Source: Candidatus Nanosynbacter lyticus
GTDB taxonomy: Bacteria; Patescibacteriota; Saccharimonadia; Saccharimonadales; Saccharimonadaceae
Assembly (NCBI RefSeq): GCF_000803625.1
Contig: NZ_CP007496.1
Coordinates: forward strand, 540,001 to 572,000
Direction of reading: 5' to 3'
DNA length: 32,000 nucleotides
Part shown: one piece after another, positions 15,598 through 23,960 of the stretch
How positions within the stretch are numbered: the first letter of the stretch is position 1
Layout of the letters: every line of letters starts with the position of its first letter
Translations under genes and position numbers: made by a program
The notes under the pieces: model-generated
Database searches by the model: none
What the model saw: only the letters and a program-made list of their open reading frames with translations
Told to the model about the DNA's origin: nothing

Positions 15598-15606
15598 ATT
15601 ATATCA
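15598..15606 (-). promoter_or_regulatory. Extended -10 promoter (TGaTATAAT) for tRNA-Arg(UCU)
   Basis: The minus strand reads TGATATAAT-gtgaatac, followed directly by the tRNA 5' end. Confidence 0.5.
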
Positions 15607-15612
15607 TCTTTC

Positions 15613-15621
15613 TGCTATAAT
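15613..15621 (+). promoter_or_regulatory. Extended -10 promoter (TGcTATAAT) for tRNA-Gly
   Basis: TGCTATAAT lies 11 nt upstream of the tRNA-Gly 5' end and is divergent from the tRNA-Arg promoter within a 43-nt spacer. Confidence 0.5.
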
Positions 15622-15632
15622 CATACAAGCTT

Positions 15633-15707
15633 GCGGGTGTAGTACAGCGGTTAGTATGCAAGTTTTCCAAACTTGAGATCGGAGTTCGATTCTCCGCACC
15701 CGCACCA
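15633..15707 (+). tRNA. tRNA-Gly (anticodon UCC), CCA encoded
   Basis: Acceptor GCGGGTG/CACCCGC, anticodon arm CAAGT-TTTCCAA-ACTTG, T arm CGGAG-TTCGATT-CTCCG. Confidence 0.9.
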
Positions 15708-15740
15708 ATTTTAAGATAATTCCCATCCATAAAGGGCATC

Positions 15741-17546
15741 ATGGATCCATATTTTTACACAGAAAAACCAAAATACCAACTACAAGACATCGAAGATGCC
15801 TCTGAATTTTATGACATCATTGAACGTAGTAGCTTGACTCATCAGCTGTCTAGCTCCAGACCGTATATCTACTGGACGATGGAAATTTACGACAAAGCCA
15901 ACGGCATCAAAGGTGGTGGCGGCTTGGGCGTGCTGGCGGCGGACACACGGCGAGTGGCCGAAAAATTAGACGTGCCATTTGTGGTAGTGACGCCATTTTA
16001 CCGCAGTGAATCGCACCAAAAAATTACCAACCTAGAGCAGGAAGAATTTTCAGAAACTGTATCACCAAAAGACTATGGCTTTGAATACATCGACGAAGTG
16101 TCCATTAGTTCACGTGGGTTTCCTGATGCTAGTTTGAGTATTTTCAAAAAGGTACTCGGCTCAACGCAATTTATTACCATCTCAGAGCCAAACTTTGGGA
16201 AATTGTACGAAGGTGAAGGCTCGGGCGATCACCGACTTTACCAAGAAGTCGCGCTTGGATTTGGCGGCTATAAAGCGCTCAAGCTACTCGGCATCAAGCC
16301 AGCCGTCATCCAGCTCAACGAAACCGCAACAATATTTGCGGCACTGGCGCGACTGGACGAGCTATGTGCCAACGGCATGAACCTGTATGAAGCAATCGTC
16401 TACGTGCGCAAGCACACGCTCTATACCAACCACACCCTGCTACAGGCAGCTGAGCCAGAATTCCACCGCTCACAATTTGAAAAATTGGTACTGCCAAATC
16501 TCAAAAGCAACGCCGTGCGCTGCTGGCTGATGGAGCAATTTCGTAACGACCGCTTGCGACCGAATTTGCTGGCAATCGAACTGACCGAAGCCAAAAATGG
16601 TGTCAGTAAACTGCACGCACGAGTGGCGAATTTCCGCGACCGCAACAACGACAAGGTCAAATTTCACGCAATTACCAATGGCATCGACCTGGAGACATGG
16701 ACGCTACCAGAAACTCTTCAGACATATCACAATAACAATATCATAGATAAATTTGGCCTACCTACAGATGATTTTTCTCGGCAATTAAATCTCATCCACA
16801 GTGCCGATATAAGATATCTAAAAAAGCTGGGGCGTAAAGAGCTCAATCGAGTTTTATTAAAACGCCAGGATCAATACAACAAATCCATCCAGGTCCCAGA
16901 AAATGCAATATTATTCGACTTCAAGCGGCGATTCGCCAATTATAAACGACCCTACATGCCATTCGAAAACCCCAACGCACTACGGCAAATCCTAATCAAT
17001 CACAACGCGCACTACATACTGACAGGAAAAGTCCACCAGGGCGACGTAACTATGTACCAAAAACTATTAGAGGTCCTAAAGTTAATTGATCAAGATCCAG
17101 TTCTACGCGAAAGAGTTCATTACATACAAGATTATGATGAAGAATTAGGACGAGCCTTAGCAATCGGATCTGACATCGCCATAAATATACCTATTGTTGG
17201 ACTAGAGGCCTGCGGGACATCATGGGAAAAAGATATCGCTAACCTAAAAATACTTATTTCCACGAACGATGGCGGCGTAGCAGATATTCAACCAATTGCC
17301 TGCTTGGAAGTGTCTGGTAAAAATTATGAGGCTGAGGTCTTATCGCTATACGTTAATATGCATAAAGCTGCAGCCATAGTGAAAAATGATCAGCTGCTGG
17401 AAAAACATATACGTCACCAGTTAAATAATTACTTACCAATAATTTCTGGCGCCAGGATGATGAAGGATTATCTAAAATTTATATTTCCCAAAACACAAAC
17501 TCAGCCTAAAAAAGAGCCCTCTGTTAAGCGAATTGTTATTCAATAA
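15741..17546 (+). CDS. glgP: Alpha-glucan (glycogen/maltodextrin) phosphorylase family protein, GT35, short form (601 aa)
   Basis: GGGGLGVLAADTRR (the GGLG.LAGD-type motif), NGVSKLHA, ITNGID. GLEACGTSWEKDIANLKILISTNDGGVADI aligns by eye with the EASGTxNMK...TLDGANVEI PLP-lysine region. Confidence 0.7.
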   Translation: MDPYFYTEKPKYQLQDIEDASEFYDIIERSSLTHQLSSSRPYIYWTMEIYDKANGIKGGGGLGVLAADTRRVAEKLDVPFVVVTPFYRSESHQKITNLEQEEFSETVSPKDYGFEYIDEVSISSRGFPDASLSIFKKVLGSTQFITISEPNFGKLYEGEGSGDHRLYQEVALGFGGYKALKLLGIKPAVIQLNETATIFAALARLDELCANGMNLYEAIVYVRKHTLYTNHTLLQAAEPEFHRSQFEKLVLPNLKSNAVRCWLMEQFRNDRLRPNLLAIELTEAKNGVSKLHARVANFRDRNNDKVKFHAITNGIDLETWTLPETLQTYHNNNIIDKFGLPTDDFSRQLNLIHSADIRYLKKLGRKELNRVLLKRQDQYNKSIQVPENAILFDFKRRFANYKRPYMPFENPNALRQILINHNAHYILTGKVHQGDVTMYQKLLEVLKLIDQDPVLRERVHYIQDYDEELGRALAIGSDIAINIPIVGLEACGTSWEKDIANLKILISTNDGGVADIQPIACLEVSGKNYEAEVLSLYVNMHKAAAIVKNDQLLEKHIRHQLNNYLPIISGARMMKDYLKFIFPKTQTQPKKEPSVKRIVIQ

Positions 17547-19059
17547 CTACTTCAATTTCAGCACCCAAAGAATTTAAGCGAGCAGCCAGTTCTTCGTAGC
17601 CACGGTTAATTGAATACACATCCCTTAGAATAGACACGCCTGGCGCCGCCAGCATCGCAAGCAATATAACAACAGACGGACGAAGCGCTGGTGGAGCAAC
17701 AACATCAGCAGATTTCCATTTTGTTGGACCAGTGATATAAACGCGGTGCGGATCGACTAGCTCAATTTGCGCGTTCAACTTACTAAGCTCGGTGAAATAA
17801 ATTGCTCGGTTTTCATAGCTCCAATCATGCACCAACGTACGACCTTTAGCAACCGTTGCAATAAGCCCCAGAAACGGCAGATTATCCATATTAATTCCAG
17901 GAAACGGCAAAGCATGCAGCTTGTCTTTGGCGGCCTGGAGCTTGGAGCGATACAGCATAATGTCCACCAAACGAGTCTGCCCATTGTCAGCCAGATATTC
18001 CTCGCTCAGCTCAAACTTAAGACCCATCTCTGCTAACGTAGCTAACTCAATTTCCAAAAACTCAATTGGTGCACGACGAATAGTAATTTCTGAATCTGTC
18101 ACCACGCCAGCCGCAATAAAACTCATCGCCTCAATTGGATCTTCGCTTGGGTAATAATCCAAATTTTTGCTAATTCGTTTACGTCCTGTAATTTTTAGAG
18201 TCGTCGTTCCAATTCCCTCTATTTTTACACCCAGCTTCTTTAAGAAAAAGCAAACATCCTGAACCATGTAATTTGGGCTAGCATTGCGAATGATAGTCGT
18301 ATCTGGAGAAAGCGCCGCCGCCATAATAATATTTTCAGTTACTGTATCGCCACGCTCCGTTAAAAGAATCGTCCGATCGCCAGAATGGACATTGGTTTTC
18401 GCATGATAATAATCAGTTTCTGCCGTTACACTCATGCCAAAATGTCTTAACCCGCTCAAGTGAGGCTCCACTGTGCGCTTACCCAAGTTACAGCCGCCCG
18501 CAAACGGCAGCTTAAAATCCTCATATTGGTAAAGTAGTGGGCCTAGGAACATAATCACCGTACGCGTACGCTTAGCAGCGGTAATATCCATATCCTCCAG
18601 CTTTAGCCTAGCAGGGGGAATAATCTCCAAATCACTACCGTTCAACCAGCGAGTTTTAACACCAATTGAATTTAGAACCTCAATAATCCGATTAACTTCC
18701 TCAATTCGTGCCACCTTCCTGAGGGTTGTCTTACCCTTATTTAGCAAGCTTGCGCAAAGGAGCCCCACTGCAGCATTTTTACTTGTCTTGACCTGTATCT
18801 CACCAGACAATTTTTTTCCGCCAGACACTCTAAAATTCATTTTTCCAGAATGATTCACAGTCACGATATTATTATTAAGCACTTCACTAATACGAGCAAT
18901 CATCTCAATACTAATATTCTGACCACCGTTTTCAATACGATTAATGGCACTCTGAGATGTACCAATTGCTTCAGCCAACTGCATCTGCGTTAACCCTTGC
19001 TTTTGGCGATTTTCAGCAATTAAATTGCCGATTTTTTGAAGATACTTATCTTTTATCAT
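17536..19059 (-). CDS. murA: XRE-family helix-turn-helix domain fused in frame to UDP-N-acetylglucosamine 1-carboxyvinyltransferase (MurA)
   Basis: Residues 1-73 carry an HTH_3 motif: GLTQMQLAEAIGTSQSAINRIENGGQNISIEMIARISEVL. From M74 (MNFRVSGGKKLSGEIQVKTSKNAAVGLL...) the protein is a full MurA, with the KNAA lysine, the FAGGCNLGKR active-site Cys/Arg loop, and ALRPS. No stop separates the two parts. Confidence 0.85.
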   Translation of the reverse strand: MIKDKYLQKIGNLIAENRQKQGLTQMQLAEAIGTSQSAINRIENGGQNISIEMIARISEVLNNNIVTVNHSGKMNFRVSGGKKLSGEIQVKTSKNAAVGLLCASLLNKGKTTLRKVARIEEVNRIIEVLNSIGVKTRWLNGSDLEIIPPARLKLEDMDITAAKRTRTVIMFLGPLLYQYEDFKLPFAGGCNLGKRTVEPHLSGLRHFGMSVTAETDYYHAKTNVHSGDRTILLTERGDTVTENIIMAAALSPDTTIIRNASPNYMVQDVCFFLKKLGVKIEGIGTTTLKITGRKRISKNLDYYPSEDPIEAMSFIAAGVVTDSEITIRRAPIEFLEIELATLAEMGLKFELSEEYLADNGQTRLVDIMLYRSKLQAAKDKLHALPFPGINMDNLPFLGLIATVAKGRTLVHDWSYENRAIYFTELSKLNAQIELVDPHRVYITGPTKWKSADVVAPPALRPSVVILLAMLAAPGVSILRDVYSINRGYEELAARLNSLGAEIEVVIE

Positions 19060-19065
19060 GCGTAG

Positions 19066-19074
19066 ATTATATCA
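19066..19074 (-). promoter_or_regulatory. Extended -10 promoter (TGaTATAAT) of HTH-murA; leaderless geometry
   Basis: The minus strand reads TGATATAAT-ctacgc-ATG(19059). Confidence 0.55.
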
Positions 19075-19094
19075 CTAATGATATATACAGGCAA

Positions 19095-19103
19095 TGATAT
19101 AAT
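19095..19103 (+). promoter_or_regulatory. Extended -10 promoter (TGaTATAAT) of glyA (short leader with SD)
   Basis: TGATATAAT is followed by GGAGG (19114-19118) 7 nt before ATG 19126. Confidence 0.55.
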
Positions 19104-19125
19104 GGATATTATTGGAGGCACATAC

Positions 19126-20394
19126 ATGAAAGATAAGCAAATTGAGCAACTTATAAAAGCAGAAAAAATCCGCCAAACAGACGGTTTGGAATTAATTCCT
19201 AGTGAAAATTATGTGTCATCAGACGTGCTGAAAGCGCTAGGTAGCGTTTTTACCAACAAATACTCTGAGGGCTATCCTGGACGCCGCTATTACGGTGGAC
19301 AAGAAAACACTGACCAAATTGAACAAATTGCAATCGACCGCGCCAAGCAATTATTCGGAGCTGATCACGCTAATGTTCAGCCACATTCTGGAGCCCAGGC
19401 CAACGAAGCCGTCTATTACGCGTGGTGTGAGCCAGGCGACACCATTCTGGCGATGGACTTGGCACATGGCGGACACTTGACGCACGGCGCGTCAGTAACT
19501 CGTAGTGCGCGCGAGTATAATTTCATTCGCTACGGTATTAAGGATGTAGAAACTGGTGAAATTGATTATGAAGAGATTCGGCAATTGGCGTTAAAACATA
19601 AACCAAAAATTATCTTAGCTGGCTTTTCAGCGTACCCCCGAGAATTAGACTATGAAAAATTTGCCGAAATTGGCAATGAGATTGGTGCCATGCTGATGGC
19701 GGATATGAGTCACATTGCTGGATTGATTGTTGGTGGCGTTGCTAAAAATCCATTCGACTACGGTTTTCATGTTATTACCACCACCACACACAAAACCTTA
19801 CGTGGTCCGCGTGGCGGTTTAATCCTCAGCCGTGGCGTTGTCGGTAACCCACTGAAAAAGCCAGAAAAAACTCTCGAGAATCTACCGACGTTGATTGATA
19901 GAGCAGTATTCCCCGGCACACAAGGCGGTCCACACATGCATACCATCGCCGCTAAAGCCGTCGCGTTTGGTGAGGCGCTACAGCCAGAATTCAAAGATTA
20001 CGCTGAGCAAATTGTTAAGAACGCAAAAAAGCTAGCAGAAGAATTGCAAAAACGAGATTTTAAACTAGTTACTGGAGGCACTAACAACCATCTTATTTTG
20101 GCAGATGTTTACAATAGTTTTGGAATTGACGGTAAAGAAGCGGAAATTGCTATGGATAAGATAGGCCTAACCCTAAACGCCAACGCTACACCAAATGACA
20201 GTTTGACACGCTTTCGACCAAGCGGCATTCGCCTAGGAACTCCCGCCGTTACCACACGCGGAGCCAAAGAGGCGGATATGGAAAAAATAGCCGAATGGAT
20301 GAAACAGGCAATCAATCATCGTGACAGCGAAGAGAGACTAGTCAAACTCCGCCAAGAGGTCAAACATTTCTGCCAAACATTAAGCGCCATTTAA
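19126..20394 (+). CDS. glyA: Serine hydroxymethyltransferase
   Basis: LIPSENYVS, GGHLTHG, and TTTTHKTLRGPRGG (PLP lysine). The start is set at M17 of the tracked ORF because it has a GGAGG SD at the right spacing and a promoter inside the upstream extension. Confidence 0.92.
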   Translation: MKDKQIEQLIKAEKIRQTDGLELIPSENYVSSDVLKALGSVFTNKYSEGYPGRRYYGGQENTDQIEQIAIDRAKQLFGADHANVQPHSGAQANEAVYYAWCEPGDTILAMDLAHGGHLTHGASVTRSAREYNFIRYGIKDVETGEIDYEEIRQLALKHKPKIILAGFSAYPRELDYEKFAEIGNEIGAMLMADMSHIAGLIVGGVAKNPFDYGFHVITTTTHKTLRGPRGGLILSRGVVGNPLKKPEKTLENLPTLIDRAVFPGTQGGPHMHTIAAKAVAFGEALQPEFKDYAEQIVKNAKKLAEELQKRDFKLVTGGTNNHLILADVYNSFGIDGKEAEIAMDKIGLTLNANATPNDSLTRFRPSGIRLGTPAVTTRGAKEADMEKIAEWMKQAINHRDSEERLVKLRQEVKHFCQTLSAI

Positions 20395-20409
20395 TTCCTA
20401 AAACATAAT

Positions 20410-20443
20410 AAAACTCCGGTACTATGACCGGAGTTTTATTATT
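20410..20443. terminator. Bidirectional rho-independent terminator between glyA (+) and the pilin gene (-)
   Basis: AAAACTCCGGT-actatg-ACCGGAGTTTT, an 11-bp stem with T-rich runs on both strands. Confidence 0.8.
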
Positions 20444-20456
20444 GGTATATGACTGA

Positions 20457-20882
20457 TTAACAGCCAGTACCAACTATGCGAGTCTCAACAGTATTCTTAC
20501 TGTAGTCGTAGTACTCAATCTTTGCACCCGTTGGGTCGCCGGTACCACACTTAGTGTATTTAACTGTTGTAGTTGGAGTACTTGAACCAAAAGTACCAGT
20601 ACCTAATTCAGCAACATTGGCTGGAGCAATGTAGTAAGACTTCTTTGTGTCTGCACCAGTCAAGTCTGAAACCTGAGCTGGATACTTACCCTCTTCGGTG
20701 TTGTACAGTTCAGCTTTCTTAGCAACTGAGTCAACTGTTGATTTAGCAGCTGATGTCTTTGCCTGGTTCTGCAAACCGTTGTATGCAACCAAAGAAACAA
20801 CTGTCAAAATCGCGATAATCACGATAACAATCAAAAGCTCAACGAGCGTAAAACCTTGATTTTTAATATTCTTTGTAGTCAC
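20457..20882 (-). CDS. Type IV pilin (major-pilin candidate; PilA/PilE-like)
   Basis: Class III signal MTTKNIKNQG|FTLVELLIVIVIIAIL with Glu+5. C-terminal Cys pair (KCGTG...GTGC) typical of the pilin D-region. GTG start with AGGGGG SD 10 nt upstream. Its own 78-nt upstream spacer and a strong terminator. Confidence 0.85.
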   Translation of the reverse strand: MTTKNIKNQGFTLVELLIVIVIIAILTVVSLVAYNGLQNQAKTSAAKSTVDSVAKKAELYNTEEGKYPAQVSDLTGADTKKSYYIAPANVAELGTGTFGSSTPTTTVKYTKCGTGDPTGAKIEYYDYSKNTVETRIVGTGC

Positions 20883-20960
20883 GATAATGTGCCCCCTAAA
20901 TTGTGTTAGTTTGATTTGTAATTTGATAATACTACAACGTATTTAAAAGCGCAAGCATTT

Positions 20961-22691
20961 TTAATATATATATCGATTCTGGACTGGACGAAGGAATAAT
21001 GACTCTGTTGGACTAAACCTATTATTCTCACTACCTGAAGTTCCGTCACCAATCTGCCCATTATCATTTAATCCCCAACAGTAAGAACGCTTATTTGTCA
21101 TAATTGCACAACCGCGGTTTGCTCCCGCCGCAATGTCCACTACCGACTCTGTTGGCGGCAATCCACCAATACCAACATAAACAGGCTTCGGACTGGTAGA
21201 AAATTGTGGAGTATTAGAATTAATCCCCAGCTGACCAAGCTTATTATCACCCCAGCAATATACCTTCTTATTGCCATGATCGTTCACTAAGGCACAAGAG
21301 TGAGCAATCCCAACCTCAATTCGTAGCGGAACTCCCGGTAGACTATTAACTTGTACTGGCTGAAAATGCGCACCAAAGGCACCATGGCCCAGAGGACCAG
21401 ACTGCCCGCGACCAGCACCACCCCAACAATACACCTTACCTGAGGCAATAGCGCAGGTATGAGATACGTAGGCATGATCTGACGCCCAAGTATAACCATC
21501 TTGAGATATATCAGTTACATTTTCTAAGTCCTTAACTCGAGTAGCGTAACTGTAGTGATTACCAGATATTGGACCAATACCCATCTGGCCAAACCTGGCT
21601 AGACCCCAACAATAAGCCCTTTTTTCAGTAGTTATAGCACACATTGTTTGCGAGCGCGATCCACCGGTTGCCAACTTAGTTGCAAAATAATTACTAGGAA
21701 GTCTATTATGGCCGCCTGAGTTAATCTGCACTGGCGTAGCACGAAATCCAGGGTTTCCAGGATTTCCGAAGCCCAATTGGCCCATATTGTTCCGACCCCA
21801 GCAGTAAATTTTACCAGACACAATAGCACAGGAGACGTCACCAGTTCCTCCAATTGACGTAACGTCTTTACCTACGAGAGCGCCACCAACCTCAACCGGA
21901 ACACTAGAATAATTACCCTCCCCAGATGACCCATTGCCTAGCTGACCGTCTTTATTACTACCCCAACAATATACTTTTTTATTACTGCCCAGCTGAGTTA
22001 GTACGCAGCTGTGGTGCTGTGCTGTAAATATATCAATAATCTTTCCATATTTCATGTCACCAACAGAACGAACTTTTACTGGAATATTGGAGTCGTTGGT
22101 AGTGCCATCCCCTAATTGACCCATATTATTACTACCCCAACACCATACGTTGTTTGACAGAATCGCACAGGTGCGGTTAGTGCCACTCACTGTGCGCGTT
22201 GCGTCGATATCAGCCGGCCAGGTCACAGACTTTTTAACAATAACTGTATAGGTTTTTATTACTCTGCTACCGCTCATCACTTCAGTTCTACCAATAGCGG
22301 AAATCTGAGCAGTAGCGGCTGACAGTGCTGACGCTTTAGTCGAAGCCTCTAATTTACCAACCTCAAAATTTGTTCGCAATTTACCATTTTCAAATACATA
22401 TTTATTCCCACTAAACTTTACCGCCCCCAAACAGTCAGTTTCCGGGCGAAGCGGGCCTGCACTGCCGGCAGCTGGAGTCCACGATTGCTCTGCATTATTA
22501 GCATCCAGACAGGCGTTGGCATATGCTGTACCCGCCTCACCAGCTTCTTGGGCTAATTTATAATAATATTCCTCCTGCGAGTAGATATATGACTGCGTCA
22601 CAACTCTCATAGCGCCCGCCAAAACCACTAATATAAAGGTGCTCATAAGCACGATTAGCACCAAGGAGTAGCCGTCTTTTTTTCGCATCAT
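20961..22691 (-). CDS. PilX/GspK-like minor pilin module fused to a seven-repeat RCC1-type beta-propeller
   Basis: N-terminus MMRKKDG|YSLVLIVLMSTFILVVLAGAM has no Glu+5. It is followed by a PilX-like helix and sheet (AQEAGEAGTAYANACL ... IGRTEVMSGSRVIKTYTVIVKK). Seven RCC1 repeats follow: WCWGSNNMGQLGDG, YCWGSNKDGQLGNG, YCWGRNNMGQLGFG, YCWGLARFGQMGIG, YCWGGAGRGQSGPLGHG, YCWGDNKLGQLGIN, YCWGLNDNGQIGDG. Confidence 0.8.
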   Translation of the reverse strand: MMRKKDGYSLVLIVLMSTFILVVLAGAMRVVTQSYIYSQEEYYYKLAQEAGEAGTAYANACLDANNAEQSWTPAAGSAGPLRPETDCLGAVKFSGNKYVFENGKLRTNFEVGKLEASTKASALSAATAQISAIGRTEVMSGSRVIKTYTVIVKKSVTWPADIDATRTVSGTNRTCAILSNNVWCWGSNNMGQLGDGTTNDSNIPVKVRSVGDMKYGKIIDIFTAQHHSCVLTQLGSNKKVYCWGSNKDGQLGNGSSGEGNYSSVPVEVGGALVGKDVTSIGGTGDVSCAIVSGKIYCWGRNNMGQLGFGNPGNPGFRATPVQINSGGHNRLPSNYFATKLATGGSRSQTMCAITTEKRAYCWGLARFGQMGIGPISGNHYSYATRVKDLENVTDISQDGYTWASDHAYVSHTCAIASGKVYCWGGAGRGQSGPLGHGAFGAHFQPVQVNSLPGVPLRIEVGIAHSCALVNDHGNKKVYCWGDNKLGQLGINSNTPQFSTSPKPVYVGIGGLPPTESVVDIAAGANRGCAIMTNKRSYCWGLNDNGQIGDGTSGSENNRFSPTESLFLRPVQNRYIY

Positions 22692-23515
22692 AAGTTATTA
22701 ATCTTTCGTATAGTTAATGTTTGTGATTCAGAAATCTGTTTACTTGGCGACTGTAATTTTAAAGTAACTACTACATTATCAGCAGAATCAAGTATCCCTG
22801 GGTAGCTTTTAACTACATCGTATTGATCAGGTATTTTCGTTTTCCCCTCGTAATACTCAACTTCGAATTCAGAAACACCGGTTGCTAAAATTGAATCTTG
22901 ATGAACCTTCATGGCTCGGTCTTTAAATTTATTAGCCTCTACATTATTCATACAGAAATAATTACCAGCAGACCCCGAGTATGGATGTCCATACGGGTCA
23001 ATCATGTCGTTATAGATAGTACGTCTATGCAATTCTCCGTTATTTAAGAAATATATTATTATTTTTTTATACTTAGGCTGCTGAGTCTTCTTAGTCGCAC
23101 AGTCGCCGCCTGGAGTTCTTAGATAAACAATCTGCCTCGAGTCTGCACCATGTCCCATAGTGGTCGCATATTGTAGCAATATCAGGACCCTATTTGTCCC
23201 GTTGACGTATGGTGTATTCATGTAGCTCCAGCTATGCCCAGCTCCAGAAAAACTCCTATCTACAGCGAACGTATCATAACCGTCATAGCCACTGGCTTTA
23301 AATCGCACTGCCTGCCGTACATCAGTTTCAATTGCATCCATGGAGTTGTGAAGATTGCGGTTAATATCAACCCTAGCCCGACTAATAGAAGCGCTTTGAT
23401 TTGACGAGACCAGCATCTGGCTAAAGACACCGACGACCATAGCAATAATTACCATTACTAATACTAATTCGGTTATTGTGAATCCATTTTCTTTAGAATG
23501 CTGCGTATGTTGCAT
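22688..23515 (-). CDS. Minor (pseudo)pilin, PilW/GspJ-like by size and position
   Basis: MQHTQHSKENG|FTITELVLVMVIIAMVVG prepilin N-terminus with Glu+5. 275 aa. 4-nt overlap with the downstream gene. Confidence 0.75.
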   Translation of the reverse strand: MQHTQHSKENGFTITELVLVMVIIAMVVGVFSQMLVSSNQSASISRARVDINRNLHNSMDAIETDVRQAVRFKASGYDGYDTFAVDRSFSGAGHSWSYMNTPYVNGTNRVLILLQYATTMGHGADSRQIVYLRTPGGDCATKKTQQPKYKKIIIYFLNNGELHRRTIYNDMIDPYGHPYSGSAGNYFCMNNVEANKFKDRAMKVHQDSILATGVSEFEVEYYEGKTKIPDQYDVVKSYPGILDSADNVVVTLKLQSPSKQISESQTLTIRKINNL

Positions 23516-23960
23516 GTGTCACCTTTCTTCCACTGCCAACCCCAGAAGACGGCAATCCATATTCTACTACTGACTCTACCTTAACCGGCATACCTAAGCT
23601 AGACTTGCCACCACCACTACTACTAGCATCCTTACATCCATACGGCGCCGAAGCATACACCTCCTGCCTCACCATACCTGGCAAGCCATCAACACTCTCC
23701 GTTCTTTCCATAACTCTATATCTAGTACCAGATGAACCAGTGTTACACTTAAACCATGACGGCGGAGAGTCGTTCGCGTAACGACGCATATTATTGTAGG
23801 CCAGAAAACTTGCCTTCGTTTGCTGCGCACTCAATACTGAAATTGTACTGACCTGAGCTTGCATACTTAATATGACAACCATAAAAATACCAATAACAAC
23901 CAGTGTCACTGCCACCTCAACTATTGTAAAGCCCTCGCTTCTATTTACTAGTCGCGCCAT
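23493..23960 (-). CDS. Minor (pseudo)pilin, PilV/GspI-like by position
   Basis: MARLVNRSEG|FTIVEVAVTLVVIGIFMVV prepilin N-terminus with Glu+5. 23-nt overlap with the downstream gene. Confidence 0.75.
   Translation of the reverse strand: MARLVNRSEGFTIVEVAVTLVVIGIFMVVILSMQAQVSTISVLSAQQTKASFLAYNNMRRYANDSPPSWFKCNTGSSGTRYRVMERTESVDGLPGMVRQEVYASAPYGCKDASSSGGGKSSLGMPVKVESVVEYGLPSSGVGSGRKVTHATYAAF

Noticed and set aside
15332-15676. 114-aa plus-strand ORF
   Set aside because: It runs straight through tRNA-Arg(UCU) and into tRNA-Gly, and is antisense to the 137-aa ORF, so it is an artefact.
15741-17546. Short (601-aa) GT35 phosphorylase as an anomaly
   Set aside because: The catalytic motifs and the PLP lysine region look intact, and short alpha-glucan phosphorylase family members are, to my knowledge, not rare. 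It is noted in the features only.
19078-19125. 16-codon extension of glyA
   Set aside because: A GGAGG SD at 19114-19118 serves ATG 19126, and the TGATATAAT promoter lies inside the extension.
20961-20975. (TA)5 dinucleotide run upstream of the pilin gene
   Set aside because: It is the coding end of the RCC1 gene (…NRYIY-stop), not an intergenic regulatory repeat.
23040-23075. A7 homopolymer tracts inside two minor-pilin genes (near 23060 and 23980) as phase-variation switches
   Set aside because: Tracts of 7 nt are short for efficient slipped-strand switching and encode Lys-rich stretches (KYKKIII, EKKV). There is no evidence of variation from a single sequence.
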